The notes under the pieces are model-generated. The model searched no databases. It had not been told where the DNA came from and worked only from the letters and a program-made list of their open reading frames with translations. Shown here in pieces: positions 1 to 8,713 of a stretch of 64,000 bases of DNA (position 1 is its first letter; each line of letters starts with the position of its first letter). Location: positions 2,463-66,462 of the forward strand of contig NZ_DAINST010000002.1 in NCBI RefSeq assembly GCF_036741115.1. Reading direction: 5' to 3'. The translations under genes were made by a program, and so were the position numbers. This DNA comes from Dietzia sp. (GTDB lineage: Bacteria; Actinomycetota; Actinomycetes; Mycobacteriales; Mycobacteriaceae).

Positions 1-142
1 CGAGGTGGTCGGCAGCGAGGTCGCCGACGTCGTGGGCGCTGCCGTGCTCGAGGTGGTCGTGACCAGGGTTGACTGCGCAGTCGAGGGTTCGCGCACCGAC
101 GACGCGGCGGTCGACGTAGAAGTCACGGTAGTACTGCCGCAT
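1..142 (-). CDS. hypothetical protein, N-terminal fragment (gene runs off the left edge)
   Basis: The ATG at 142-140 lies next to the only A/T-rich patch of the first kb (143-175). It reads MRQYYRDFYVDRRVVGARTLDCAVNPGHDHLEHGSAHDVGDL, with mostly G/C at codon position 3. It is missing from the ORF track because there is no stop in the window. Other frames are also open here, so the call is tentative. Confidence 0.35.
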   Translation of the reverse strand, partial: MRQYYRDFYVDRRVVGARTLDCAVNPGHDHLEHGSAHDVGDLAADHL

Positions 143-304
143 ATTCTTTCGCCGGATTCGAAAACACAGAACGAGGGCCGATCCTTCTCCCGCGAGGTCG
201 AAGTGGAGGAAGATGGCGTTCGATCGTCGATTGCCATGTCTCCATCGACTGCACCGGCCAGCTGATCCGCAGGAACCTCGACGGGCGCATGTTCGCCCTC
301 TACC

Positions 305-1192
305 GTGCCGTTTCCGCTTCCATCCTGCGGCGAGCCCGGCACCTCGGGTGCGACGGGAGTTGCGGAATCGAAGTATGACGGCGGGAGGACGGAGTACCGG
401 TTATCGCGGGTATTCGGGGTGGCATTGCCCGAGGACGGGCTCATCGAGCCGCTCGTCGAAGTGCCTTGGGCCGCGCTCGTCGACGAGGTATCCGACGTGC
501 TCGTCGCGCTCGTTTCACTCGATTCGCTCGGCGAGGACGGCGCGCCGGAGGGAGACTGCTCCGGCCCCTGTCCGGTTTCCGGGTCGCTGCCGTCGTCGCC
601 GCTCGCCACGCCCGAGGGGGGCGAGTCCGGGCCGGTCTGGTCCGAGGACCCGCCGATCATCACGGCTCCGCCGACTGCGGTGGCCGCGACGAGGCCCACC
701 GCGCCCGTGATGGCGGTGATCGCCCCGAGGCCCAGCCCGCCTGCGGTCCCTGCGACTCCGGCTGCGCCTGCAGCGCCAGCCGCACCGACTCCGGCCGCGC
801 CCGCGGTCCCTGCGGCCGCCGTGGTCCCCGCGCCCGCGGTTCCCGCCGCAGCGCCTGCCGAACCGGCGGTCCCGGCAGCGCCGGCCGCCCCGCCGCCCGC
901 CGAGCTGTACGCAGCATGGCCGATGGCGCCCGCGAGCGCCGCGGACCCCGCCGCGCCGGCCACGAGCGTGAATCCCTCAGCCGAGGGCATGCCGGCGGAC
1001 GCGGACCCGAGTAGCCCGGAGAGCGGGGAGGCCGTCTCCCCGCTGCCCTCAAGCAAGTGCTCGAGGTCCTCGCCCGTCAAGGGCATGCCATCATTGTCCA
1101 CAGTTCTCCAGTTCACCAGAAGGCGAGATCGTTACACGTCGGGCGGTTTTTCCGGGCTCTTCGGCGCCCTTCTTCCGGTTTTTCGGCTATAA
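305..1192 (+). CDS. low-complexity Pro/Ala-rich ORF; strand assignment unresolved (the antisense frame from ATG 1086 down to position 1 is also open)
   Basis: Track ORF of 295 aa. Coordinates congruent to 1 mod 3 are nearly 100% G/C between about 420 and 1085, and that position is the third codon position of both this frame and the minus frame. The minus frame would place a Gly/Ala-rich TM-like segment and a Ser/Thr-rich protein directly downstream of the ECF sigma gene. However, it has no stop codon before the window edge and reads through the A/T-rich patch at 143-175. Confidence 0.3.
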   Translation: MPFPLPSCGEPGTSGATGVAESKYDGGRTEYRLSRVFGVALPEDGLIEPLVEVPWAALVDEVSDVLVALVSLDSLGEDGAPEGDCSGPCPVSGSLPSSPLATPEGGESGPVWSEDPPIITAPPTAVAATRPTAPVMAVIAPRPSPPAVPATPAAPAAPAAPTPAAPAVPAAAVVPAPAVPAAAPAEPAVPAAPAAPPPAELYAAWPMAPASAADPAAPATSVNPSAEGMPADADPSSPESGEAVSPLPSSKCSRSSPVKGMPSLSTVLQFTRRRDRYTSGGFSGLFGALLPVFRL

Positions 1193-1953
1193 CCCGCCGT
1201 CCCGGGATCCTTTCGGCTCTGCGAGCCGGCCCCTCGATCTCCCCCTGGCGGAGAGTTCCCCGAAGTCTCCGTAGCTTCGGCCTTGCGTTCCTCGAGAAGC
1301 TGCTTCTCGAGCGAGCGGAGACCGCGATGCGCCGACGTCCGCACGGCGCCGGGCTTCTTCTCGAGCACCTCTCCGGCGCTCGCCACGTCGAGGCCGACGA
1401 TGCTGCGTAGGAAGACGGCCTCGGCCTGCTCCTTGGGGAGCCGCGCGATCCGCGCCAGCGCCTCGGCCGTGGCGAACCTGTCCTCCACGGTCTGCGCGGT
1501 GTCGGTCTCCGCTGCCAGGACGCCGACGAAGTCGTCGACCGTCGCCACTGTCTTGGGGCGCGAGCTCTGCCGTCGGTAGTGGTTGAGCGCGCGGTTGCGG
1601 CCGATACCGATCACCCACGCGCCGATCGTGTCGGCGCCGCCGATGTAGCGCGGAAGACTCCGCATCACCTCGACCCATGTCTCCGAGGCGATATCGTCGG
1701 CCTCGCGACCGACCATGAGCACCAGGTATCGGGTCAGACGCGGGTTGAGTACCGAGAACAGGACGCCGATCGCACGACTCTCACCCATGACGGCGGCGGC
1801 CACCAGCGCATCGTTGATACCGGCGACGGCGCGCGGCGAATCACCGTCGCTCCGGGACTCGGGTTCCGGCGCGGTCGGCGCTTCGGCGGGGTCCACTGGG
1901 TCGACCTGGCTCGAATAGTCGGCCACATCGCCCCCCTTCCCCCGTCTGACCAC
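1132..1953 (-). CDS. ECF-type RNA polymerase sigma-70 family factor with a basic, low-complexity C-terminal tail
   Basis: Region 2-like DDIASETWVEVMRSLPRY...GAWVIGIGRNRALNHYRR and region 4 HTH LPKEQAEAVFLRSIVGLDVASAGEVLEKKPGAVRTSAHRGLRSL. The start could instead be the GTG at 1926, which is preceded by a GGGAAGGGGGG run. Confidence 0.85.
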   Translation of the reverse strand: MVRRGKGGDVADYSSQVDPVDPAEAPTAPEPESRSDGDSPRAVAGINDALVAAAVMGESRAIGVLFSVLNPRLTRYLVLMVGREADDIASETWVEVMRSLPRYIGGADTIGAWVIGIGRNRALNHYRRQSSRPKTVATVDDFVGVLAAETDTAQTVEDRFATAEALARIARLPKEQAEAVFLRSIVGLDVASAGEVLEKKPGAVRTSAHRGLRSLEKQLLEERKAEATETSGNSPPGGDRGAGSQSRKDPGTAGYSRKTGRRAPKSPEKPPDV

Positions 1954-2102
1954 GCGATCACATCATTCCACTGGATTGTTATGGCCCCGTTTCCGCTCGT
2001 CAAATCGGTATTCACATAGCGTGACTAACTATCGGCGGCGCCGAGCATGCTGGGGATGCAGCACTCGGAATCACACCGACCGAGCGGGTATTGTGTCTCG
2101 CC

Positions 2103-3335
2103 ATGGCTCGTTTCGTTCTCCTGTGTTGGCGCGACTGCGCGCACCCTCAGGGCGGCGGAAGCGAGCGATACCTCGAACACGTCGGCCGGCACCTCGCCTC
2201 CCGTGGCCACGACGTCGAGTTCCGCACCGCCCGCTACCGAGGCTCGGCCCGGCGGGAGCGGAGCGGCGGCGTCACCTACATCCGGGGCGGAAACCGGCTC
2301 GGCGTCTACCCGCGCGCATGGGCCTACCTGCTGCGACGCCGGCTATTCGCCGCTCTGGGCCGTGAGGCGCCGATCGACGCCGTGATCGACACGCAGAACG
2401 GCGTGCCCTTCTTCGCGGCACCGTTCTCCGGCGCGCCGACCATCGTGCTCACGCACCACTGCCACAGGGAGCAGTGGCCCGTCGCCGGGCCCGTGCTCGC
2501 GCGCATCGGCTGGTGGACCGAGTCCCGGCTCTCTCCGCTCGTGCATCGACGCCGGCAGTGGCTCACGGTGTCGGGGCCGTCGGCGGAAGAGCTCGCACGG
2601 CTGGGGGTACCCGCCGGAAATATCGCCATCGTGCGAAACGGGGTGGATCCGGTGCCGGCGGCCCTCGTGCCCGCCGAGCCGGCTGCGCCCTCGGATCCCT
2701 CCGCCCCACCCGATCCCGACGGTCCAACGGCGCCCGTACGACCGCCGCGGCTCGTCGTGCTCTCCCGCCTCGTCCCGCACAAGCACGTCGAGGACGCCCT
2801 CGACGCCCTCGCCGAGCTGCGCCCGGAGTTCCCCGGGCTGCGTCTCGACGTGATCGGCGACGGCTGGTGGGCCGAGAAGCTGCGCGAGCGGGCGGCGGAG
2901 CTAGGGGTGGGCGGCGACGTGGACTTCCACGGCCACGTCTCGGAGGAACGCAAACACGAGATCCTCTCGGGAGCGGATCTGCACCTCATGCCGTCGCGCA
3001 AGGAGGGCTGGGGGCTCGCGGTGATCGAGGCCGGCCAGCACGGCGTGCCGACGATCGGCTACATGCATGCGGCGGGCCTCTGCGATTCCGTCGACTCCGG
3101 CCGCACCGGCCTCCTCGTCGAGGATCTGCCGCAGCTCGTGTCCGCCGCGCGCGGTTTGCTCTCCGAGCCCGTCCGCCGCTCCGCGCTCGGCGCGGCCGCC
3201 CGGGCCAAGGCCGAGACTTTCTCTTGGACCGCCACGGGGGACGCGGTCGAGTGGCTGCTCGGCGAGGCGGCGGCGGGCCGCATCCACGCCGGCGATATCG
3301 CCGCACCCGCTGGCGGAGAGGGCGCCGAGGGATAG
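2103..3335 (+). CDS. GT4-family (group 1) glycosyltransferase, Rv0225-like position
   Basis: N-terminus MARFVLLCW...GGGSERYLEHVGRHLASRGHDV and the E-x7-E motif in PSRKEGWGLAVIEAGQHGVPTIGY. I chose the ATG at 2103 inside track ORF 2091..3335. Confidence 0.85.
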   Translation: MARFVLLCWRDCAHPQGGGSERYLEHVGRHLASRGHDVEFRTARYRGSARRERSGGVTYIRGGNRLGVYPRAWAYLLRRRLFAALGREAPIDAVIDTQNGVPFFAAPFSGAPTIVLTHHCHREQWPVAGPVLARIGWWTESRLSPLVHRRRQWLTVSGPSAEELARLGVPAGNIAIVRNGVDPVPAALVPAEPAAPSDPSAPPDPDGPTAPVRPPRLVVLSRLVPHKHVEDALDALAELRPEFPGLRLDVIGDGWWAEKLRERAAELGVGGDVDFHGHVSEERKHEILSGADLHLMPSRKEGWGLAVIEAGQHGVPTIGYMHAAGLCDSVDSGRTGLLVEDLPQLVSAARGLLSEPVRRSALGAAARAKAETFSWTATGDAVEWLLGEAAAGRIHAGDIAAPAGGEGAEG

Positions 3336-3347
3336 CTCGGAGTTCGT

Positions 3348-5534
3348 CTACTGTCCCCCGCCGGGCATAGACCGCCCGTGGGGGCCATTCCCTCTATGAC
3401 GGCGCGCGCCGCTCCTCCCCCGGCGCGTCACGGTAGCCCCTGGTGCCACCGCAATGCCGCCGAGGAGCAGTGCGCCCCAGGCGATGTGCGCCGCCACCGC
3501 CGCGGTTCGGGCCCCCGTCGAGGCCGCCGGCGCCTGGGGTTCGCCGTTGTTCGCGGGCAGGCGCCACAGCGACAGCTCGTCGTCCTGGAACACGAGCTCG
3601 GCGTGCGCCAACGTCTCGGCGGACTCGCCGCGCTCACCTGCGCTCGTGCGCTCCTCGAGCACCCAGCCGACCCCGAGCGCCGTGAGCCGCGCCGGGTGGG
3701 CCCCGGCGATTAGCTCGGTCTCCGCGACGCGCGCCTTCGTCCCCTCGCCCTCTACGGCCTGTCCACCGACGTAGAGGTCGCCGCTGGCGAGGACCGGCGC
3801 GTGGAGGAGGCGGGCGGCGGGATCGAGGACGGGCCGCCCGTCCGCCCACAACGGCGTCCTGCGGAACGAGCCGTCGGGGAGAACGAGCACGCCGGCGGCG
3901 GCACTCGCCCCGGCGCCGGCGCCGGTCCCCGCATCTGCGCCCGCCCCGGCATTCGCGCCCGCCCCGGCGCCGGATCCTTCCCAGTCCGCGACGATGCTGT
4001 CGACCTCCGTCCAGCCCTCGCCATACCGCGTGGCCTGGAACTGCTCGGCGAGGAACACCGGGGCGTCTGGCACAGCGAGCAGCGGTACGAGGCCGAAGGC
4101 GGCCGCCACGGCTCCCATGGCCCCGGTGCGCGGCGCCAGCGCCGTAGAGGCGCGCTCGACGCACAGAGTGAGCGCGACGACGAACCCGGGAATAGCGAGG
4201 CCCACCCATTTCTGCCCGTCGCGGACGACCCCCGCGGCGGGGAAGGAGTCGACGAAGGACGTGACCACCGTCTGGCCTAGCCCGGTCGCGGCGATCGCGA
4301 CGAGCAGGACGACCACGACGGCGCCCGTCACGGCGAAGCGGAGGGCAATGTCGCGGACGGGGTCGGCTGTCCCCGAGCGGCGCCGGGAGCCGATTATCGC
4401 GAGCACGGTCCCGACGCTGAACACGGCGATCAGCGCCGCCGAGAGTAGGAGCGCCCAGGCGCTGTGCCTGCTCCCCGGCACGGCGTCGGCGTTCCAGATC
4501 CCGCCGAGCGAACCGAGGGAGCCGAGCGTGCCGAGCAACGGCTCCGCGCGCGCCGCGAACGCCGCGACCCCGGCCGCCGATGAGGACAGGCCCAGGTCCG
4601 TCGCGCCGAGCTGCAGCCCGTCGCTCCCGCTGCCCCATCCGAAGGCCGTGGCGATGACGACGGGCAGCGCGCTGATGACGAGGGCGAGGACGGCGACGAG
4701 CTCGATGCGCCCCGGGCGGCCGACGACGATCGGCGAGTGCTGGTCCTCCTCGTCCGGGTCGTTGTCGCCGGTGTCGGTCGGTGCGAGCGCGGCCTCCCCG
4801 AATGCGCTGGCCCCGGGCTCGGGGACGAGAGCGACCTCGGAGTCCGTGTGCCATCGGGCGGCGCGGCTCATGCGGCCGGCGAAGGAGCCGATCCCGCAGG
4901 CGATCACCACCATCACGAGGCCCGTGGGAGTGAATGCCGCGAGGGCGATGAGCGCGGCGACACCGGCGTGGATCCGCAGGTCCCGCGGGAGCCGGTGGGC
5001 GCCGCGTTCCTCCGCCGTCAGGAAGAGAAGTGGGATGAGCGCCGCGGCCGCGACGCCCAGGAGCAGCGACCACGCGCCCTGCGCAAGGCGCTCGACGACG
5101 AACGGGTTCCACACCGCGAGCACGATCGCGGGGGCACGGAGCCAGAAGCTCCGCGCCGCCGCAGGGGCTGCGACGCGCGCCCAGCCGCGCCCGGCGACAC
5201 CGAGTAGAGCGAGCGCGAGAGCCACGAGTAGCGGAAGGACCAGCGCCTCCGGGAGGCCGAGCAGACGGAACACGCCCTGCACGGCCCACATCGCGGTGTC
5301 CTGGGGGACGGCGCGCGCGGCCTGCTGCCCCACGCCGAGCGCCCCGTCCGACAGCGGCGGGCGCGGAGTCGATACGGCGTCGCGGAGTAGCACGAAACCG
5401 CCGCGCTCTCCTCCCGCGGCGGCGGCCACGAGCACCTTGCCCCACAGTGCCGCGACGAGCACGGCGATGAGCAGCGCATCCGGGAGCCACGACCGGGCGA
5501 ACCGGCCGCCGCGCGCTCGTCGAATGGGCTGCAT
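3348..5534 (-). CDS. large polytopic membrane protein of unknown function with a C-terminal extracytoplasmic region (Rv0226c-like position)
   Basis: 728 aa with many hydrophobic helices (LPDALLIAVLVAALWGKVLVAAAAGG, LVLPLLVALALALLGVAG and others). A Gly/Ala-rich insert lies near residue 520. It is divergent from a flippase-like gene. No family motif was recognised. Confidence 0.75.
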   Translation of the reverse strand: MQPIRRARGGRFARSWLPDALLIAVLVAALWGKVLVAAAAGGERGGFVLLRDAVSTPRPPLSDGALGVGQQAARAVPQDTAMWAVQGVFRLLGLPEALVLPLLVALALALLGVAGRGWARVAAPAAARSFWLRAPAIVLAVWNPFVVERLAQGAWSLLLGVAAAALIPLLFLTAEERGAHRLPRDLRIHAGVAALIALAAFTPTGLVMVVIACGIGSFAGRMSRAARWHTDSEVALVPEPGASAFGEAALAPTDTGDNDPDEEDQHSPIVVGRPGRIELVAVLALVISALPVVIATAFGWGSGSDGLQLGATDLGLSSSAAGVAAFAARAEPLLGTLGSLGSLGGIWNADAVPGSRHSAWALLLSAALIAVFSVGTVLAIIGSRRRSGTADPVRDIALRFAVTGAVVVVLLVAIAATGLGQTVVTSFVDSFPAAGVVRDGQKWVGLAIPGFVVALTLCVERASTALAPRTGAMGAVAAAFGLVPLLAVPDAPVFLAEQFQATRYGEGWTEVDSIVADWEGSGAGAGANAGAGADAGTGAGAGASAAAGVLVLPDGSFRRTPLWADGRPVLDPAARLLHAPVLASGDLYVGGQAVEGEGTKARVAETELIAGAHPARLTALGVGWVLEERTSAGERGESAETLAHAELVFQDDELSLWRLPANNGEPQAPAASTGARTAAVAAHIAWGALLLGGIAVAPGATVTRRGRSGARRHRGNGPHGRSMPGGGQ

Positions 5535-5565
5535 ACCCCGACGTTATCGGCACCGGGCGGGTTCC

Positions 5566-6972
5566 GTGGGAGCGACTGGCACACTGTTTATCGTGTCCGA
5601 CGAGCCGAAGAACCCCGCCGGCGGCGAAGAGTCGGCCGCGGACCCGGTCGTATCTCGAGACTCGGCGCCGCCCTCGGTACCGGTCGAGGCCCCCTCCGAG
5701 ACACCAGCCTCGGCACCGGCACCGCAGAGCGGCTTCGGCCGCAGCGCTATCGTCGTGACGCTCGGCGCGATGATCGCCAACGTCGCCGCCTATCTCGTCC
5801 ACCTTCCCGCTTCGCGCTGGCTTGGCCCGGAGCTCTACGGCGAGTTCGCGGCGCTGCTGTCCGTCCAGCTCATCGCCTCGGTCCCGACGCTCGCCCTGCA
5901 GGCCGTCGTCGCCCGTGACCGCACGCAGTGCGCGGGGACGAGGCGCCTCCGCCGGGTCGGGTACTCCGCAGCCGTGGCGCTCGCCGTCATCGTCGCTCTC
6001 GCCGCGTGGCCGGTGGCATGGGCGCTGTCGACCTCGGTGTGGACCGTCACGGCCGCCGGGCTCGGTGCCCCGCTTCTCGCCGTTCTCGGCGTGGAGATGG
6101 GGCTCCTCCAGGCCGAGGGACGGTTCCGGCGCTTCTCCTTCTTCTCCGCGCTCACCGGGGTCGGCAAGGCGGCGCCCGCGGTGGCGGCCCTCGCGCTCAC
6201 GGGGCAACCGGCTCCAGCGCTCGCCGCCGAGGCTCTCGGCGTGGCACTCGTCTACGTGGCCGCACGGGCGAGTTCCCGGAGCAAGGAGGCGGCGGGCTCG
6301 GCAGCACCCGCAGAACAGTCCGCAGAGACCCCTGCCGAGCCACCCGCGCGCACTGATCTCGCGGCCGTCGCGCGCGCGAGCCAGGTCCAGCTCGCGCTCA
6401 TCGCGCTCACCTCGGCAGACCTCCTCATCGCCCGCAGCGTCCTCTCCCCCGGAGATGCCGGCCTCTACGCCCTCGGCTCCATCGCCACGAAGGTGGGCTT
6501 CTGGCTCCCCGCCGCGATCGCCACGGTGCTCTTCCCGCAGATGGCCCGCCCGGAAACGCATGCCCGCGCGCGCCGGCTCGCGCTCTCCGCGGTCGCGGCC
6601 ATCGGCGTGGTCCTCTGCGCGGCCGCCGCCCTCGTCGCGCCGCTCGTTCCCGTCGTGATCGGCGAGGACTACGCCCCCGTCTCCGGTCTCCTCTGGCTGT
6701 TCACCGCCCTCGGCGCCGTGCAGTCCATCCTCCAGGTCCTCCTGCTCGCCGGCATCGCAGCGCACCGCACACGCGAGTCCGGATTCGCCTGGCTCGGCGT
6801 GCTGTTCGTCGCCGCGCCCCCGCTCCTCGCGCACTCCGGCGTGCTGGGCGACGCCGCGCGGGACGCGCTCTCCGTCCCCGTACTGGCCGGCTGGGCCCTG
6901 GTATTTCTCCTCCTGACGGCAGGGCTCGCCGCGTTCGCCCTGCGGTCCCGCCCGGCGCGGGGCGCCGACTGA
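5566..6972 (+). CDS. polysaccharide/oligosaccharide flippase-like protein (MOP/Wzx-MurJ superfamily)
   Basis: This is the C-terminal 460 or so codons of track ORF 3994..6972; the upstream part is antisense to the membrane-protein gene. It is polytopic, with GLYALGSIATKVGFWLPAAIATVLFPQM typical of polysaccharide biosynthesis (Wzx-like) proteins. Start is the GTG at 5566 or 5593. Confidence 0.65.
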   Translation: MGATGTLFIVSDEPKNPAGGEESAADPVVSRDSAPPSVPVEAPSETPASAPAPQSGFGRSAIVVTLGAMIANVAAYLVHLPASRWLGPELYGEFAALLSVQLIASVPTLALQAVVARDRTQCAGTRRLRRVGYSAAVALAVIVALAAWPVAWALSTSVWTVTAAGLGAPLLAVLGVEMGLLQAEGRFRRFSFFSALTGVGKAAPAVAALALTGQPAPALAAEALGVALVYVAARASSRSKEAAGSAAPAEQSAETPAEPPARTDLAAVARASQVQLALIALTSADLLIARSVLSPGDAGLYALGSIATKVGFWLPAAIATVLFPQMARPETHARARRLALSAVAAIGVVLCAAAALVAPLVPVVIGEDYAPVSGLLWLFTALGAVQSILQVLLLAGIAAHRTRESGFAWLGVLFVAAPPLLAHSGVLGDAARDALSVPVLAGWALVFLLLTAGLAAFALRSRPARGAD

Positions 6973-6985
6973 TCGGCAGGCGCAA

Positions 6986-7028
6986 GAGCGGCCCCGTATC
7001 CCGGTGAGTCCGGGGTACGGGGCCGCTC
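6986..7028. terminator. bidirectional stem-loop between convergent genes
   Basis: gagcggccccgtatcccgg (6986-7004) pairs with ccggggtacggggccgctc (7010-7028). This gives a 19-bp stem with one G-U wobble and a 5-nt loop. There is no U-tract. Confidence 0.55.
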
Positions 7029-7141
7029 GCTGTGGGCCAGGGCGAAGTCGGCGTGCGCCGTCATGCACCCGAATCGTGCGCCGAGCCGGGCGCCGGGCCC
7101 AGCCGGCCGGGAATGGTGCCCGGCCGGCAGGGGCCGCCTAG

Positions 7142-8461
7142 CTAGCCTCGGCGCCGTGCGACGAGGACGCCGCCGATGACGAAGAGGAAGCCGATGATCC
7201 CGAGGCTGATCGGGAGGACGCGGCCAAACGTGTTGATCCGCGAGGCCGACTGGTTGGAGGAGTCGACGGCGCGATCGATGGACGGCTGGTCCCACTGCGC
7301 GACGAGGTCGATCGCGGTGCGGGTGGGCGTGTTGCGCTCCTGCTCGACCGCGGTCTTATCGTTCCAGAACTGATCCGCTTCGCCCTGGTTCTCGGCGAAG
7401 AACTGGAACTGCTCCTCGCGGCCGTCGAGGACTCGGCCGGTGACCTTCGAGACCTTGATGGTGCGGTGATTCGTGTAGAAGCGGCTCATCTGGACTTCAC
7501 GCGCCGCGTCACCGGGGAGGCCCCAGGCGCCCGCCGTGCCCTTGATCCGGTAGGAGGCGAGGATCGAGTTCGTGGTCTGCGAGAAGCCCGGGTTGATCGC
7601 CTGGAGGTGCGCGCCGATCGAGGTGTACATGTCGATCGGACCGATCTCTTGCTCGTAGACGTTGACCTTGACCCCATCGACCTCCGACTCCTCCTTGAAG
7701 TGGATGGGGTTCGTGGTGAACGTCGCCTGGTCGAAGTACGGGTAGTCCTCGTTCTTGGGATCGAAGGGCCACTTGTACTGCAGGCCGTCGCGGTGGAAGT
7801 CGCCGGGCGCCTCGCCGGTCGTGCCGGAATCGATGAGCTCGACCGAACCGTTGTTGTCGGCGACGGGCTCGGCGGTCTTGCGGTCGAGGGTCACGCGGTC
7901 CTTGGTCGCGCTGACGAGCGCGGCCTTCTCGTCGCCTGCGTCGAGGCGGTCCTCACGGACCACCGACTGCACAGCCTGAAAGGTCGTCTCGTCCTTGTTC
8001 CCGGGCTCCACGCCGTAGACCTGTCGCTGTGAGACCAGCGGCACCTTGGACATGAAGCAGGACATGGGGAGAACCGCGTTCTCCTTCGGCGTCTCCGCCT
8101 GGTCCTCGGCCGGCTCGTCCTCCCCCTCGGCGGGCTCCTCCGGCTTCGCCTCCTCGGCCGGCTTGCACTCGGATTTCTGGGCGTTGTCGCCCGTGGGCTT
8201 GCCTGATGCGAACGCTGCGGAGTCGAGCAGCGTGGCGTCGTCCTTCTCCGTCACGGACAGGGAGTCCACGTCCAGCGGTGTCACCTTGTTGGCCGGGACC
8301 ACGACGAACACGAGCATGAGGGCCGCGGCCAGCGCGAAGCCGCCGATGGCCATGAGGATCGCGGGGAGGAGGCCGGCGATCCGGCCGTTGGCGCGGCCTC
8401 GGCCGCTTCGGCTTCTGTCGCCGCCGCTAGTGGCGTTCGCCCCAGACGTGGGAGAGGACAT
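7142..8461 (-). CDS. DUF3068-type envelope membrane protein (Rv0227c/NCgl2760-like architecture and position)
   Basis: ATG at 8461 (MSSPTSGANATSGG...). It has an N-terminal TM (IAGLLPAILMAIGGFALAAALMLVFVVV), a large soluble domain and a C-terminal TM (LPISLGIIGFLFVIGGVLVARRRG). The 77 upstream codons of the track ORF look non-coding. Confidence 0.8.
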   Translation of the reverse strand: MSSPTSGANATSGGDRSRSGRGRANGRIAGLLPAILMAIGGFALAAALMLVFVVVPANKVTPLDVDSLSVTEKDDATLLDSAAFASGKPTGDNAQKSECKPAEEAKPEEPAEGEDEPAEDQAETPKENAVLPMSCFMSKVPLVSQRQVYGVEPGNKDETTFQAVQSVVREDRLDAGDEKAALVSATKDRVTLDRKTAEPVADNNGSVELIDSGTTGEAPGDFHRDGLQYKWPFDPKNEDYPYFDQATFTTNPIHFKEESEVDGVKVNVYEQEIGPIDMYTSIGAHLQAINPGFSQTTNSILASYRIKGTAGAWGLPGDAAREVQMSRFYTNHRTIKVSKVTGRVLDGREEQFQFFAENQGEADQFWNDKTAVEQERNTPTRTAIDLVAQWDQPSIDRAVDSSNQSASRINTFGRVLPISLGIIGFLFVIGGVLVARRRG

Positions 8462-8713
8462 TCTTGAAGCTCCTTTTCGGCGAATCCCGTCGCGCGATCC
8501 GCGGTGCCGGTGGGGCGCGTCCGGTGGATCGGCCGGGAGACCGTCGATTTTCAGGTCACGGGGCAGTATATGTGCGACCGTTGCCACAACCCGAACCGAC
8601 GCGGGCGCCACCGGCCAAATCGCGGCACGGTGCGGGCTCTTCCCGGGCGTCTGTGGCCCCTTCGCAGTGCCCGGCGCGGCTCCGAGTTCCACACGCGGCG
8701 CGGAGGTGCGACG

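Noticed and set aside
140-175. tRNA-like T-loop string (ttcgaatcc on the minus strand) near the left end
   Set aside because: The flanking bases do not form a T-stem, and no acceptor or anticodon arms can be drawn. It is just part of an A/T-rich promoter-like patch. No other intergenic region shows tRNA- or rRNA-like features.
3634-7068. 1144-aa minus-strand ORF, the longest in this part of the track
   Set aside because: The translation is overwhelmingly Arg/Gly/Pro/Asp-rich with no motifs. It overlaps the membrane-protein gene in a different frame and runs antisense to the flippase-like gene, both of which translate into hydrophobic, protein-like sequence. It is a typical shadow ORF of high-G+C DNA.
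8462-8692. 77-codon N-terminal extension of the DUF3068 ORF; similar upstream extensions exist on ORFs starting at 8504, 14778, 17655, 20227, 28623, 41241-42566, 42209, 49182, 50995-52632 and 52770
   Set aside because: The extensions are Arg/Pro-rich, overlap neighbouring genes or promoters, and lack an RBS. Internal starts with SD-like boxes give proteins of family-typical length.
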